Shown one piece after another: positions 36,491-49,639 of a stretch of DNA of 64,000 nucleotides; the first letter of the stretch is position 1, and every line of letters starts with the position of its first letter. The DNA lies in the NCBI GenBank assembly GCA_964016885.1, contig OZ024740.1, positions 99,262,001 to 99,326,000 of the forward strand, written 5' to 3'. This DNA is from Eledone cirrhosa. Its lineage: Eukaryota. The position numbers and the translations under genes were made by a program. The notes beneath the pieces were generated by a model. That model was not told where the DNA came from, did not search any database, and saw nothing but the letters and a program-made list of their open reading frames with translations.

Positions 36491-39116
36491 GCTATCAAAT
36501 ATATTTCTTATACTTATATCATGTTTATCAAACATATTTAAAGCTAGGTACATTGGTTATATTTCTTGACTCTTTTTGTTTATCTGTCTTTCTTTCTTTC
36601 TCTCTCTTTTTCTCACAAAATCTCTAGACACTGGCTCAAAGACAAAAAGATAGATAAGATCATTTCACATTATATATTGAAGACCAAAATATAACGAGGC
36701 CGATCTCAAGAAAACATCCAATTAAAGAAAGTGCTAGAAGGAAATACCAAGTCATATTAATAGGAATATGGCAATGTTGTACATACAAATCTATAAGCCT
36801 TGACTTCAATTATAGCAGGATTAATAAGATTTCTGTTGATTAAACACAAACCTAATCTATGCAGAGTGAGGTTATGTTGGTTGATCAAATATAAGTATAT
36901 TACTGATACATATTTTATCAATACTGATAGAATTTGAACTCAGCACATAAGAATAAAATTTAAATAAAGCAACACTGCTAAAGCAAGCCAACAATGGAGC
37001 CTCTATGTAGTTGCTCTATCTACAAGAAATAGCAGTCACAAGTGTCTTGTAAAAGAAAGAATACATTGGATTATATAGTCTTAGATACAGAATATTTTAA
37101 AATAAGATTGGATGGCCATGGCTAAAATGTTTTTGATCATCGGTCTACTCTTTCATGGTTGCCTTGAGGCTAAACAACAATAAATCTGCCAAACTATAAA
37201 AAGAAAAGATCCCACCATCAAATTATATTTTAAGCATATGACACAAATATTTAGTGTTGTGTGAGAAGTGAACAGGAAATATTGGTCTATTATTTATACC
37301 TGATTCATTTTTCCCTCTCTTTCCTCTTCAATTCCAATTTTTCTGTTTATAATATTTATTTATTATCAGTATACTTAGATGCAAGAATACAGAGATTTTT
37401 GCCAAATAGAATTTTATCCAATATATGAGTTTCTGATTAACTGCTTCTTGTGATTGGTAAAGACATAAGTTTCTTTCACTTTCTTATTAAACTGTTTGAC
37501 GCAACAATTTTGTTTTATTAATTATATTATTTCTTTCCAAACGCTATAACTAATGTTGCTTTAATCATAACACTGCATTGAAGAGACAGGTATGCTGAAA
37601 CAAACAGCCATATGCATTTATAATAATATTATTAAATACATACACAGAATATTGTCTTTACGTATTTGTATTCCTTGTCATGTAGCATAATTTGACAAAA
37701 GATTATTCTCCCACATCTCTCTCATAGAGAAATTGAATGAACTATTTTGTCTTTCATCTTTCTGATGTACCAGTCAAGGGTGGTGGACCTGTGGAATCAT
37801 TGGAGTGTTAGATGTAGTGACTTGTTTAATTTGTTCCAGTTCTTTATACCGTGAATTGGTGCAGAGACTATCTGTGTGATACATTTAGTTCATTACATGT
37901 TTAACACTGCCACCTTGTGCCTTTGTAGAATGACCTTTATTGTAAGCATTCATACCGTATCTCCTGTCTGTGTATACATTTCTTGCTTCCTCCAGTCCAC
38001 CAGTCTTGGGAGGGGAGGGGTTCTAAAAGTTAAAGGAGACTACACTTCCCTCCCTTACTAAATGATGAAAAAAGTATGCTGAGAAATACAGACAGGTAAT
38101 TAATTACAAATAAATATAGACAAATGCTATTACATCTACAGGTGGATATTCTTTCAATAAATCTCTATTCAGTGCAGTCTCACATTGAACCCTTTTTACA
38201 CCAGCCTGATTAAAACCACCTCTAGTAAAGTGACATTTATATTCAAACCATAATTTGAAAACTCATTATTATACGACACATACCATTAGATTTCAATAAT
38301 AAAAAAGACAAACATTTAGCTAAGTTGAAAGGTAGTTATTTTACTAAAACTCTGATAATTTTTGAACATTTTGGTAATTATAATACAAAGGTGATATATA
38401 TTCTTGTTAAAAATAAGTTCACAGAAGAGTTAAAGGAAAATTATATTTGAGTTGGGCAGTTCAGAAAGTAAGAGTGAAATTAATAAAACAAAACTGTTTT
38501 GTTCAATTCAAAAAGTCAAAGATGTATATGCAGTTTAAACATAGTAGTGTGTGGAAGTGAAGAATAATTATATTTTTGCCAAAAGCAGGAGGGCAGTTTA
38601 TTAGAAATTGAAATATTGGATTAGATTTCTTGTAGCAGGTTTTTTTTCTTTTTACCTTTTTAATTGTTGGTTTTCATTTTGTATGAATTGTTTGTATGTA
38701 TGAGGACCCTGTAGCCAATAAAGCAAACAATTATTATTCTTATTACTCTTACTAGTAGTTATTAGTATTTTTCCTTTTTCCTTTTTTTCCTTTTTCAGTG
38801 AGAGAGGAAGGGGCTGAATGGCTGGCATTGTATTTATAATTCATCACATAGTATCTTTAAAATATTTGCTTTAAGTGTCAGTTATATATTAGATTAATAC
38901 TAAATGGATGTATATAATTGTTTAGGTAAACAAGTATATGAATCTAGTCTTAACCATAAGTCTTAATGTAGAAATACCAATGCACCATACATAAGAAGAA
39001 CAGATGACCTCCTTTAAATCAGCTGGTTTTATTTTATATACATGTGCTTTTCCTCCAAAATTCTTTCTCTTTTTTCACTCTCCTCTATCTTTCTATTTTT
39101 TTTTATTTCTCCTTCT

Positions 39117-39154
39117 GTCTTCTGATGAAGGACTAGCATATGAAACATTAAGAC
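39117..39154 (+). ncRNA. Degenerate minimal hammerhead motif
   Basis: gtctt-CTGATGA-..-GAAAcatt-aagac; stem I intact, stem II decayed. Confidence 0.4.
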
Positions 39155-41403
39155 TCTTTCCCTATTACATCAAGCAATAAAGTTATATATATCTTCATTG
39201 TATTGTATTGTTTGCTTTTCTGTTTTCCATTTCCTTTTCTCATATATATTATACATATGTCATCATCATCAACTCTCAACCAATCTTCCCAACAAACAAG
39301 CACTTCATATTATCAGACAATGCATTCCTTTATAATTTCACTGCTGTGAGATTTAGCTTCTTTAGAACTACTTTCATCACATCAACTTATGTTTTATTTA
39401 GTCTTCCTCTTCCACAGCTTCCATCCACTTTCAGTGCCTTTCACTTCTTTATGCAATTGTTGTCCCCCCCTACATAATAAATGTCCATGGCAGAGCAATC
39501 TTTTCTTTTGTACAGTGTATCCAATTGCTCCTGTGCCTAGTTTTCCTCTCAGTTCATTAATGCCTCATCATTCATATATACCTCCATTGCAGATCCACTG
39601 GAGCATGCTCACTTCAATCCTTTCTAATTTTCACAAATCCTCTACAGAAACATCATATAATCTACTTTTCATTCTGAGAGATTTCAAGACATTAACCCCA
39701 ACAGCTAATTTGGTCACCCAGATACTAGAAGCTGACACCTAATTCATGTGTGCTTCTGTTGTTTACTATTATGTCTGTTCTCTCTCCCATATACCTCTCA
39801 ATCTCAGCAACCAGAGAAACTAAACTGAAGGACTGCTTTTAGGAGGTCTTTATTGCAGCCTAGCTTCTTAGTGATGACATTAAATTTTCTCTACATATAT
39901 ATATAGACCAGCAACAACACATAAACCATGGTTTATTTTCTAAAACATTACACACAATGAAATTTCAGTTACACAAGATATAGTGAAAGAATTGAATAAT
40001 CACCTCATAGAAAAAAGAAGCATACAAAAAAAAGAGAAAAAACAGATGAAAAAACCTGAAAATGAGTTACCAAAACCAAAATGGCAAGTAGTGTACTGGA
40101 ATGCTTTGAGGAATAAAAACTTAGCAGACACATAGAGACAATGGATAAGTAGAGAGCAAGTAAGTTTTCTGAGAAAATTCTAAATTAAAGAAATAAAATT
40201 GGAGCCAAAAAAGAAAGAAAGATCTGTATAAATTTAGCACTCCAGTAATTTGAGGCCAAAATTACACTACATCACTGTAGAATACCAGAAAAAGTATTTT
40301 AAATGTGTTCGTTCCAGGTGTGAAGAAATCAACAAAAGAAGTAACAGTAATATTTGTGAACAAACTCCTGATTTGTGAAAGAACAACATTGCCTGAGAGG
40401 AGGTTAAATCCAAGAATATTTTGGTGTTAAGAAAAACTAAGGCTACAAAAATGTGAAAATAATTATGGAAGAGAACCAAAAAAAACTTAATAACCAAAAT
40501 TCTAAAAAATCTCAGAACCAGTAAAGATCACAAATATGAAACGAAAATAAGGATTTGTATGCAATAGATAAACCTTCATAGCTTCTATTCTATGAAGGTG
40601 CTGAGTAGTAAATCACAATTAACTATATGCAAAATTATTTTGTGATGGGAGAATGATATGAACTCAGAACATTTGATTTTGTGGTTAATTTTCATAGTAA
40701 TGTAGGATGTTTATATTTGCTATCATTATTGGTGGTGTGGGTGCACAATATGAGCAGGTGTGTGTCTATGGTATTTCTATGTGAGTGTGGAGTGTGTGAG
40801 TGTATTAAAGCCATGCGGACACACTAACTCAATAAAAGCTAGAGATATGATCTGATGACAAAAATGACAAGCTAGAACAATGTGAAATTTTAGAAATGTT
40901 CCTGATAAACAAAATACTGTTTCTAAAGTTGAACACATTTATCAATTCATTAATATGTCTAGAGGAAATGAATTTCAGGCATTTCCTTGGATATTCAACA
41001 GTCAAATTTTGCTGATACTCTTCTTTAGAAATTAGCAAGCCTGAAAAGCTCGAATGAAATTATGCAAATTAAGAATTCTAGAAGGTATTAATAATAATAA
41101 TGATAATTATAAAGAAATTAGAAACTTATAATTCACCTAATTAGGTCAAAATTCCCAAATTTCACTGAATTGATGAAACTATGTGAGATAGGTTAAAAAA
41201 GAACGCATTATTTTCAAACAAAAAACACAATTAAAGAAAGATAGTGTGCCAGCAACAGAATATTTCTTATCATAAGCTTGAAGCTATGGTATTTGGTTCC
41301 TGTGGAAGTAATATGGATTTGGTTTCATTACAATTTTGTCAAAGATCTGAAGCATCTATTTTTCTGTGTGGAGTATCATCATTATCACTGTTTATATATA
41401 TAA

Positions 41404-41536
41404 CAAATTTAATATAGAAATGGCTTCTACAGAACTAGAACTGTTTCATTCGAAGAAAATCATCAGGGATTTCCTGATCATTTCCTTCGAATGAAACAGT
41501 TCTAGTTCTTTAGAAGCCATTTCTATATTAAATTTG
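41404..41536. repeat. Inverted repeat (64-bp arms, 5-nt loop) with hammerhead-like core
   Basis: 41404-41467 vs 41473-41536, a few mismatches; CTGATGA..GAAAC on minus arm, CTGATCA on plus arm. Confidence 0.9.
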
Positions 41537-41638
41537 ATATATACACTCTACTGATATATTGAGTTCCTTATTTACTGTGGTTAATCCTGATTGACTCTCT
41601 CACTCTCTCACACACACACACATATATATATATTCACC

Positions 41639-41705
<67 letters not shown>

Positions 41706-42163
41706 GTGCAGGCATGTGTGTGTCGTTGAGAAGTTCTCTTCATAACCATGTTTTGTCAGATTTAGACCCACTGCATGATATCTTGGGCAAGTTTCGACTA
41801 TTACTTTGGACTGGTCTTGCACTTTATGTACACCAATATGTGTGCATGTGTATGTTTATATGTCTATGCATACATTTACCAACCTTTATATTCTAATATG
41901 TACATATCACATTGCACATTTCCATGTATATATATGTATATACAAATGTATATGTATATATTAGAAATAGAAGCTTTCGCCAAATTTTTTTTACTAAAGA
42001 TATTGTAGCCTGGTGGTGGGGTTTAGAACCCTCTAATACCATATTTTTCCATTTGTTAGAGGTTTCTGAATCCCACTATCAGGCTAAAATTCCTCCTGTC
42101 AAAAATTACGGCAAAAGTTCTATTTCTAATTTCAAACTCATTCACTTTTTCATAAACATACTT

Positions 42164-42201
<38 letters not shown>

Positions 42202-42313
42202 GTATATATATATATATTATACTTGGGTGTGGAAAGGAAAAGGCAAACAGTTATCAATTGGGAAAAGAGCAGAAGTATTATATTATATATTTACGTTCAT
42301 ACATGGTACAAAG

Positions 42314-42397
42314 GTGCTACCCATGGTTTCAAGGTACAAATTTGACCATACCTCTAGAATACAAGAGGCATCAAATTAGTGACCTTTCTTCAGGCAC
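42314..42397 (-). ncRNA. Type I hammerhead ribozyme, apparently intact
   Basis: Minus strand: gtgc-CTGAAGA-aaggt[long hairpin]acctt-GAAA-ccatgg-GTA-gcac; all three stems pair. Confidence 0.75.
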
Positions 42398-42979
42398 GTA
42401 TAGCAGTTTAAAATATATTGCTAAAAATGTGTGTTTATTAAAAAAACATAATATAAGAAAAGAAAATATCTCCAAGATATAAATTTGAAATTTGAGATCA
42501 ACCACGTGTTTGTGTTCGTATACTGAAGCAGAAGAATTGTATTATGTGGTGGAATGTAATATAGAGATGGTAATATTTATTAAGGTATGGAGTAGTGTAG
42601 TATAGAAATTGTATTGTATTATGTAAGTGTGGAAAGAGAAAGAACAGATATAATAAAAACATGTAAATCAAATTAAGTTGGTTGAAAATCAGTCAAATTT
42701 ATTTTTTGTTCTATAGTAGTTTAGTTAATACCAAGCATTGTGAGATATACAATAAATGACTGATAAGTTTCAAAATGCTGGCACAATTACCCTCGTTTTC
42801 ATTAGACACACACACACATACATCCATGTATATATTATTTAAATATGAATACACACACAGACACACATATATATATATAGAAAGAGATATATATATATGT
42901 AATACACATCTACATATACACACACACATATATATATCATATTGTGGCTTGGCTTAACGAATGAAAATTATGAAGAAAG

Positions 42980-43412
42980 TGGTCCACATTGACTGAAAGC
43001 TCACTTGTGTTGGCTTAGGCCAATGCAGAACAGGTATGCATGGCTGCAGTGGCTGTAGTTGAAGGTCTGGTCATGGCTTAATGACTTTGTTTCTTCCTCC
43101 TGCATTATTTGTCACTGAGGGTGATCTTTTCAAAGGAGATAGCATGGTTGAGGGTGAGATGCCAGGCACTGGGTTCTCAGCTAGGATGAACCAGTAGTGG
43201 TGGTCAATGTGAGAGGCACCAAGAAAGTATTTCAGTCATTGTATTGCTTCCTAGGTGTTGTGTCCCCTGTTGTGATGGTCAAAATACCATGTGATCCTGG
43301 GCAGGTGATGATCCTTCATCCAGAAGATGTGCCTTGCTCAGCATAGTTGGGACTTCAGCAGCATAGCTTCGATGCTGGTGATCTCTGCCCATTGAAGGAC
43401 TTCCTCATGCAT
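42980..43412 (-). mobile_element. RTE-clade LINE 3' fragment, degenerate
   Basis: Minus strand EVLQWAEITSIEAMLLKSQL..HI..M.DHHLPRI, typical RTE/BovB-like C-terminus. Confidence 0.6.
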
Positions 43413-43629
43413 TACCATTATGTCTTCTTATTTCCTAAAGGTAATATTTGGTCATACTTTTTTTTTATATTTACTTCCTCATCTACAGATTGGTTTTCCT
43501 CAGTTTCAGATGAATCCACTTTGGGTAAAAGCTGTAATTCATTGCTTAAACTTTTAATTTGATCTATGGGTCTGAATATACTTATATATATATATATACA
43601 ACCCTTATTGAGTCCTCTTTGGATTTAGT

Positions 43630-43731
43630 ATTTAACTTTGCCTTTCATCCTTATGAGTTCGATAAAATAAAGTACTAGTAATGCACTGGGATAATTGCTG
43701 GCTTTGTGCCAAAAGTAGAAAAAAATATTAC

Positions 43732-43732
<1 letters not shown>
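43630..43732 (+). mobile_element. SINE 3' half
   Basis: ttaactttgcctttcatcc..gataattgctggctttgtgccaaaagtagaaa. Confidence 0.75.
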
Positions 43733-43763
<31 letters not shown>

Positions 43764-43779
43764 TACATATACATATAGT

Positions 43780-44345
43780 GAAAATGATCCACAATCTGGA
43801 CATAGATACCTCAATGAAAACCATCCCCATACCCACAAAAAGACTCTACCTTAAAACCCTGATCATGAGAACAGATGAGTTCATCAAGAGAATTAGATGT
43901 AGAGTTTTCTTCTTTGGGAATCTAGGTGTAGCATCCACAAATGAAGAAATACTTGAGTTCAAAACCAACAAAGCTCTATCAACCAACAAGCTACTTGAAA
44001 CCTTTTAGAACAACTTCTTCTCATTTACTAAGAAGGGGAAGTTCTGCAAAACGAATGTACTCTTCCAGATCTATCTGAGTAGGGTTACAGGAAATGAAGA
44101 TATTTGCAAAAATCTACAAAACTGAAAACCTCTAGGACTTGGATCTACTGATCTACAATCAACTAGTGCACAACGTCATACAAAATGCCAACAACAATGC
44201 TGTATATATTATCAATGGGGAAAAAGGATAACTAAGACCTTAAAAAGAGATGAACTGACTGAATCCCAAAGGATGAAACTTACACACTTTACTTTAAAAA
44301 ACCAGAAGCAAACTCTTTCCCGAATGAAACAGTTCTATTCCTGTA
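43780..44345 (+). pseudogene. Penelope-like element N-terminal ORF remnant
   Basis: SMKTIPIPTKRLYLKTLIMRTDEFIKRIRCRVFFF..EFKTNK resembles a common PLE N-terminus. Confidence 0.6.
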
Positions 44346-44519
44346 GAGATAATCATCATCATCATTGTTTTTACATCGGTTTTCCCCTGCCTGCATCAGT
44401 TGGACAGATCCTTCTCAGCACGACATCCCCACACCTATCGTGTTCTTTCGTCATTTCCTCTTAGTTATGGCTTAGTTATTTCATTGGCTTAGTTATTTCA
44501 TTGGCTTAGTTATTTCATC

Positions 44520-44682
44520 AGACACCATGCAACATAGAATGATCACCTTTTTTATGTTCTGATTTCAAATCCCGCTGAAGTTAGCTTTGCCTTTCATCCT
44601 TACAGAGGCGATAAAATAAAGCACCAGTAATGCACTGGGGTAATTGCTGGCCTAGTGGCAAAAGTAGAAACAATTATTATTA
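44520..44682 (+). mobile_element. SINE copy
   Basis: gatttcaaatcccgc..gcctttcatcc..gtagaaacaattattatta. Confidence 0.8.
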
Positions 44683-45647
44683 CTAGTTGGCCAATTCAAA
44701 ATAAGTTCGCAATGATTTTCCTGCTCAAAGAATCAGTGTAACCCCATCTTTTCCGAAGCACACAGAAATGAGAGGCAACTATATTTTATAAAATAGCTGT
44801 TAAGGAGTTATATGTAAGTTTATATAAACATGTTTTCTTTTATTTAAGAGTTCAATGAGTTATACAAATATGACATTTAATTAAGTTATATAAAACAAAC
44901 TAAATTACACATCAATGCAAAGTGATGTACAAATATTTAAAAATAAACATTTATTTATTTGAAAAATGTCATAGAATACAAAGCCATTAACTACTGGGAA
45001 AAGGAAATGGAAGCTGTTAAAACTTGCCTTGAGAATCACCTATGGGTCTGTTAGAAAATATGCCACTGATCCCAACCGCCATGTGGACAATGGGAGGTTA
45101 TCTTAATAATTTTCGTTCCAGAATCAAAATAAATATACCTCCTTTAAAATTAAGTAAAATTTGAACTTACATAATATAATAATTTAACAGTTTCTGTAAT
45201 GTTCCTTTTAAATTACTATATATATTTTAGGAAATCTGAAGAAATTATCAAGTGGCCGCTGTGTACAATTAAATAATAATGAGTGAGCATAAAGTAGGAT
45301 TGAAAAAATGTCAATATGGTAAATGAAATAATACAGTACTTTTTCAGATAGATACCCTACACCTCCAAACGTAGGTCATCAGAAGTATCTTCTTAAAACA
45401 ATATAACGATGCATTGGAGTTAAAGCAACATATCTATATAGCCAAATGAGCCTTACATATTAAATGATCTCTATGTAGTCAACATTTCTTGTATATTTAC
45501 TATTTTTGTCATTGTGACACCTTTCAGATCTTTTCGTTGCATCGGTTTTTTTCTCTCAATGTACATATCTCTCACTTAGCGTTCTCCCTTATAAAGTGAG
45601 CATGGTGGATGGAGAGATGGACAGTCAGACGGCTCTTATAATATAGA
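44683..45647 (-). mobile_element. Possible non-autonomous Helitron
   Basis: Minus strand begins A|TCTATATTATAAGAG..ctgactgtcc and ends CTAG|T; subterminal hairpin is poor. Confidence 0.3.
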
Positions 45648-46574
45648 TTTTTATTATATATATTACTGATCTGAGAAGACAATATAATTGAAAGTTTTAA
45701 GTTAATTTTAAGAATGTTATATCAATCATTTTATAATTGCTGTGAAAATAATGAAGCGTAAAGTGTAAGTTCTTTCAAATATTCTTTTGTACACAGAAAT
45801 ACATAAGAAATTATTCTCATACATTTCAGACTTTGTTGCATCTTTATCCAAAAATAACTAACCCTATGATTCTGTGTGGTCTTGCAATCAATTGTATCAA
45901 CAGTGCCTGATTGAATTCTCTCTAATCCTTTATCTATATCCAGTAAGAATATTAATAGTACCACTAATACAGCTTAAATTACTCTACTCACAGCAAGAAT
46001 ATATGTAAATAAGCCTTCACCAAAAATAGTTTGTTTACAAAATCTATAAGATGATATGGTCTTCTGCATTTAAGTACCTGGGCATGAGTAAGTGAATGGG
46101 AGGAAACATTAATGACAGTGAAATACATATTGAGTCATCTGTGATATTTTGGCAGCCCTCAATACCCACACTGAAATTAATTATGTTTATTATATGTAAT
46201 GAGAAAACAACCTACCTTTAGTTTAAAGGAAATTTGGGTGTGTGGATTAATTTACTCTATCTAGACTGATAAATCTTTATCTTTAACCAGAGTGAGATTT
46301 GAACTTGTCACTTGTAGATGATAACTATCATTTTAATTTCAGTCTGTAATAAAATTGAATATTGATTAAGAATGTCAGCTCAAACCTGTACTGCCTAAAT
46401 TATTCACATGTAAAAAACATATTTGCTGATTTTTTTGTTCAGTTTATTTATTGTGACAAGTATAATGTACATATAAAAAAAATCTTACATCCCTCCACAT
46501 CCACACAAATGCAAGCGCACACGCATACACACATATATACCCACCTACCACACAAGCACACACATTATATATAT

Positions 46575-46768
46575 ATAATGATAATAATTATTTCCACTTT
46601 TAGCACAAGGCCAGCAATTACCCCGTACATTACTGGTACTTTATTTTATCAAACCCATAAGGATGAAAGGCAAAGTTAACCTCGGCGGGATTTGAACTCA
46701 GATCGTAAAGGGACGTAACTATGCTGAAAAGCATGTCCGACCCCGCTACTGATACTGCCAATTCACCA
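46575..46768 (-). mobile_element. SINE copy
   Basis: Close match to 942-1134. Confidence 0.88.
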
Positions 46769-47499
46769 TAATAATAATAAGATCCAGAGTGTACCTCCAG
46801 AGATTATCTAGAGGTGATGTAGGGAACCTAGGGGCCTATTGCTGAATTGTATTTAATTTTGTTTATTGTCACTAAAATATCAGAGGTATCAAGCATTATG
46901 TCAGATATAGTGTGTTGGAGGTTAACATCACTGATTCTGCATGTATAAGCCATATCAGGATTGCTGAATACAGAGCATTATTGCTTCTGCAGTAACCAAC
47001 CCGTAGTTTTAGAATTGTCTTGGAGAGTGACATTTTCAGCAGCCAAGGGGCTAATGGTGGAGACAGCAAGCATGTGTTTTTGGCAAATGAAAAGAATACT
47101 TTTGTGTTTGATTTTCTCAATGACCCAGTTCTCCTCAGCTGGTCTATGGTTATTGATGATGGTCATCATGCACTTTTGGGGATTATGTTTCTCTTTTTTT
47201 ATTTGAGCAGTGCAATAGCACTCAAATGGGTGTGTTGCTGTTGGCAGCATTTTAGTTTGCTAATTTATTTGTTAATTCTTTTTATTTTTCTCATAATAGA
47301 TTTTCTAATTTCAGTTATTCTAATGGGATATGTTTTGTACATATATTTGTAACAGTGTCTACAAATATCTGCCAAGGTGTGGTAATGTTAGAGGTAGGTA
47401 GGTAGGTTTTTGTGTGTGTGTGTGTGTGTGTGTAATGTGTGCATGTCTGAGTCCATATATATGTGTGTGTGTGAGTGAAGATCCATGATCAAATGGATT

Positions 47500-48200
47500 G
47501 GCAGAAGGTAAATCATTTGGTTTGACTTTTGCCGGGAGGAATGTCATTTTACAGTGGACCATGTCAGAGAGAAGAGTTATCTCCATTGTAATATTGGGGA
47601 TAGCTTTAGTGTCGCAAGTAAATACTAGGTCCAAGACGTTTTTGTAATATCAAAGTAGTTCAAATACAAGTTGGAACAGAAAATATCCATCCATAAATTC
47701 GGAAATTGCTGCTTTGTTCATGGTTGAGGTGGAAATACCTAGTTTCAAACTGTTCGTAGACCAATTAACACAAGTGAGGTTGAAGTCACCTATCATTAGT
47801 ATGTTACCAGAATGGCACTGCTGCATAAAACACTTAATGCTGTTGGAACAGTTTTGAAGCACAGTAGAGGAGTTTGAGGCTGGTCTGTAAACCTCAACTA
47901 CTGTCAAATCATTGAATTTTTTTGCACTGATCCACAGTAGCCATTGAAGATTATGTCATTTTCATCTTCCGTAATAAATCATACAGAAAAAAGGCAGTAC
48001 CACCATTTCTTATTTCAACATTATCCATGTGGAAGGTTTTAAAATTACTCACCCTCACTTTGGATTCCAAGTGAGAGTTGATGATATGTTAGGATGAAGA
48101 AACTAATGTAGTGTGGAGGGTCAGCAACTCAATCCTCAATAAATTCCATTTTTGTGCATTGATGGTAGACCTAACACCTCGATCACTGAGCAAAAATGTT
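47500..48200 (-). pseudogene. CR1/Jockey-group APE endonuclease remnant
   Basis: VEVYRP, LMIGDFNLTCVNW, FLFQLV, VLDLVFT, LSDMVH. Confidence 0.75.
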
Positions 48201-48965
48201 GGGGCTAGAGTAGTGGCTGATTTTGGCTGTTTCAGGGGTCTTGTTTTTGATATGTTGGTTAGTGACAGCAATAGGGAGAGTTGGTGTATTGGGGAAATAA
48301 CAGAGAGTGGTATTGTGTGATCGCTAGAAGGCTTATTTGTGTCTTTTTTGTCAGATTCATCATGGCTGAAAAAGTGTCTTCTTGTTTAGGGAGCAGTTGG
48401 TGACTGGAGTTGTGTCTGTACTGTTGGATAAGATTGTGACTTTTGGTTGTATTTTTATATTTATTAAATGCCTGCATGTTTCCTGAGTTTCAGGGAAAGT
48501 CTGGACCAGTAATACTACAGCAAGGTTTGATTTTACTGTGGGTTTCGTCCTAGTTCTATTGATGTGTTGTGTCCCTGGAAGTTGAATGAAGGGACAATCT
48601 CATAGTAGACATAATCTCTCACATTGAGAACACTGGCAGGTGGGGATTTCAGGCTATGCATATGGTTGCTTTATAATTTTATTTAGTATTTGGTGGTGGT
48701 GATGTTATTGTAGTATATGTGCTTGGAGTTTGGCTGGTTAAGATCTTATATGACTTCAACTAAAGCTTCTGGTTTTTAAAATTTTGACTCTTAACTGATA
48801 TGAAAATGTTCCTGGCATAAAAAAACAAAACAAGTCATATATTCACTGATGAGAGTATTGTAGACTGAAAAACATAATAATAAAACACTCCATTTAATTT
48901 TTATATGCATTGTTTGCCTTTCAAACAATATGATATTATACCGACATAATGCTTTCAAAAGCTAC

Positions 48966-48967
<2 letters not shown>

Positions 48968-49023
<56 letters not shown>
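48968..49023. repeat. (TA)n microsatellite
   Basis: Direct reading. Confidence 0.95.
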
Positions 49024-49026
<3 letters not shown>

Positions 49027-49157
49027 GATAAATCTACCAAGAGTTTACGGTAGTGTCCAATCCGTATGAAGAACTCAATGTAATCCGGATATCATGGAAA
49101 GAAGAGATGCAATGAAAAATCACTTTCGGTGAAAGATAAACGGAATACAGAGTCAAG

Positions 49158-49588
49158 ATAAAATATTAAAAAAATAATGAATAAAACAATGAAACAGTTC
49201 CTTATATTAAACAAAAAAAGTTCATTATTTAACGATCGTTTCTAGGATATATATGTGTTAGAATTGGCATGCATATTCAACAGATCTATGTACAAAATTA
49301 TACAAAATTATACAAACTATCAAAATTAAATATACATACCAAACACATATATATGCCGTCTTCAGAAATAAAGATTATTTCTGAAGACGGCATATATATG
49401 TGTTTGGTATGTATATTTAATTTTGATAGTTTGTATAATTTTGTATAATTTTGTACATAGATCTGTTGAATATGCATGCCAATTCTAACACATATATATC
49501 CTAGAAACGATCGTTAAATAATGAACTTTTTTTGTTTAATATAAGGAACTGTTTCATTGTTTTATTCATTATTTTTTTAATATTTTAT
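49158..49588. repeat. Apparently perfect palindrome, 214-bp arms, 3-nt loop
   Basis: 49158-49371 is the reverse complement of 49375-49588. Confidence 0.95.
49374..49522 (+). ncRNA. Type I hammerhead ribozyme (mirrored on the minus strand in the other arm)
   Basis: attattt-CTGAAGA-long stem II (atatatatgtgtt/aacacatatatat)-GAAAC-gatc-GTT-aaataat; 7-bp stem I, palindromic stem III. Confidence 0.65.
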
Positions 49589-49639
49589 ATATATATATAT
49601 ATATAGTTATATTTAGGGATGGTCATGTTGCCAATATTG

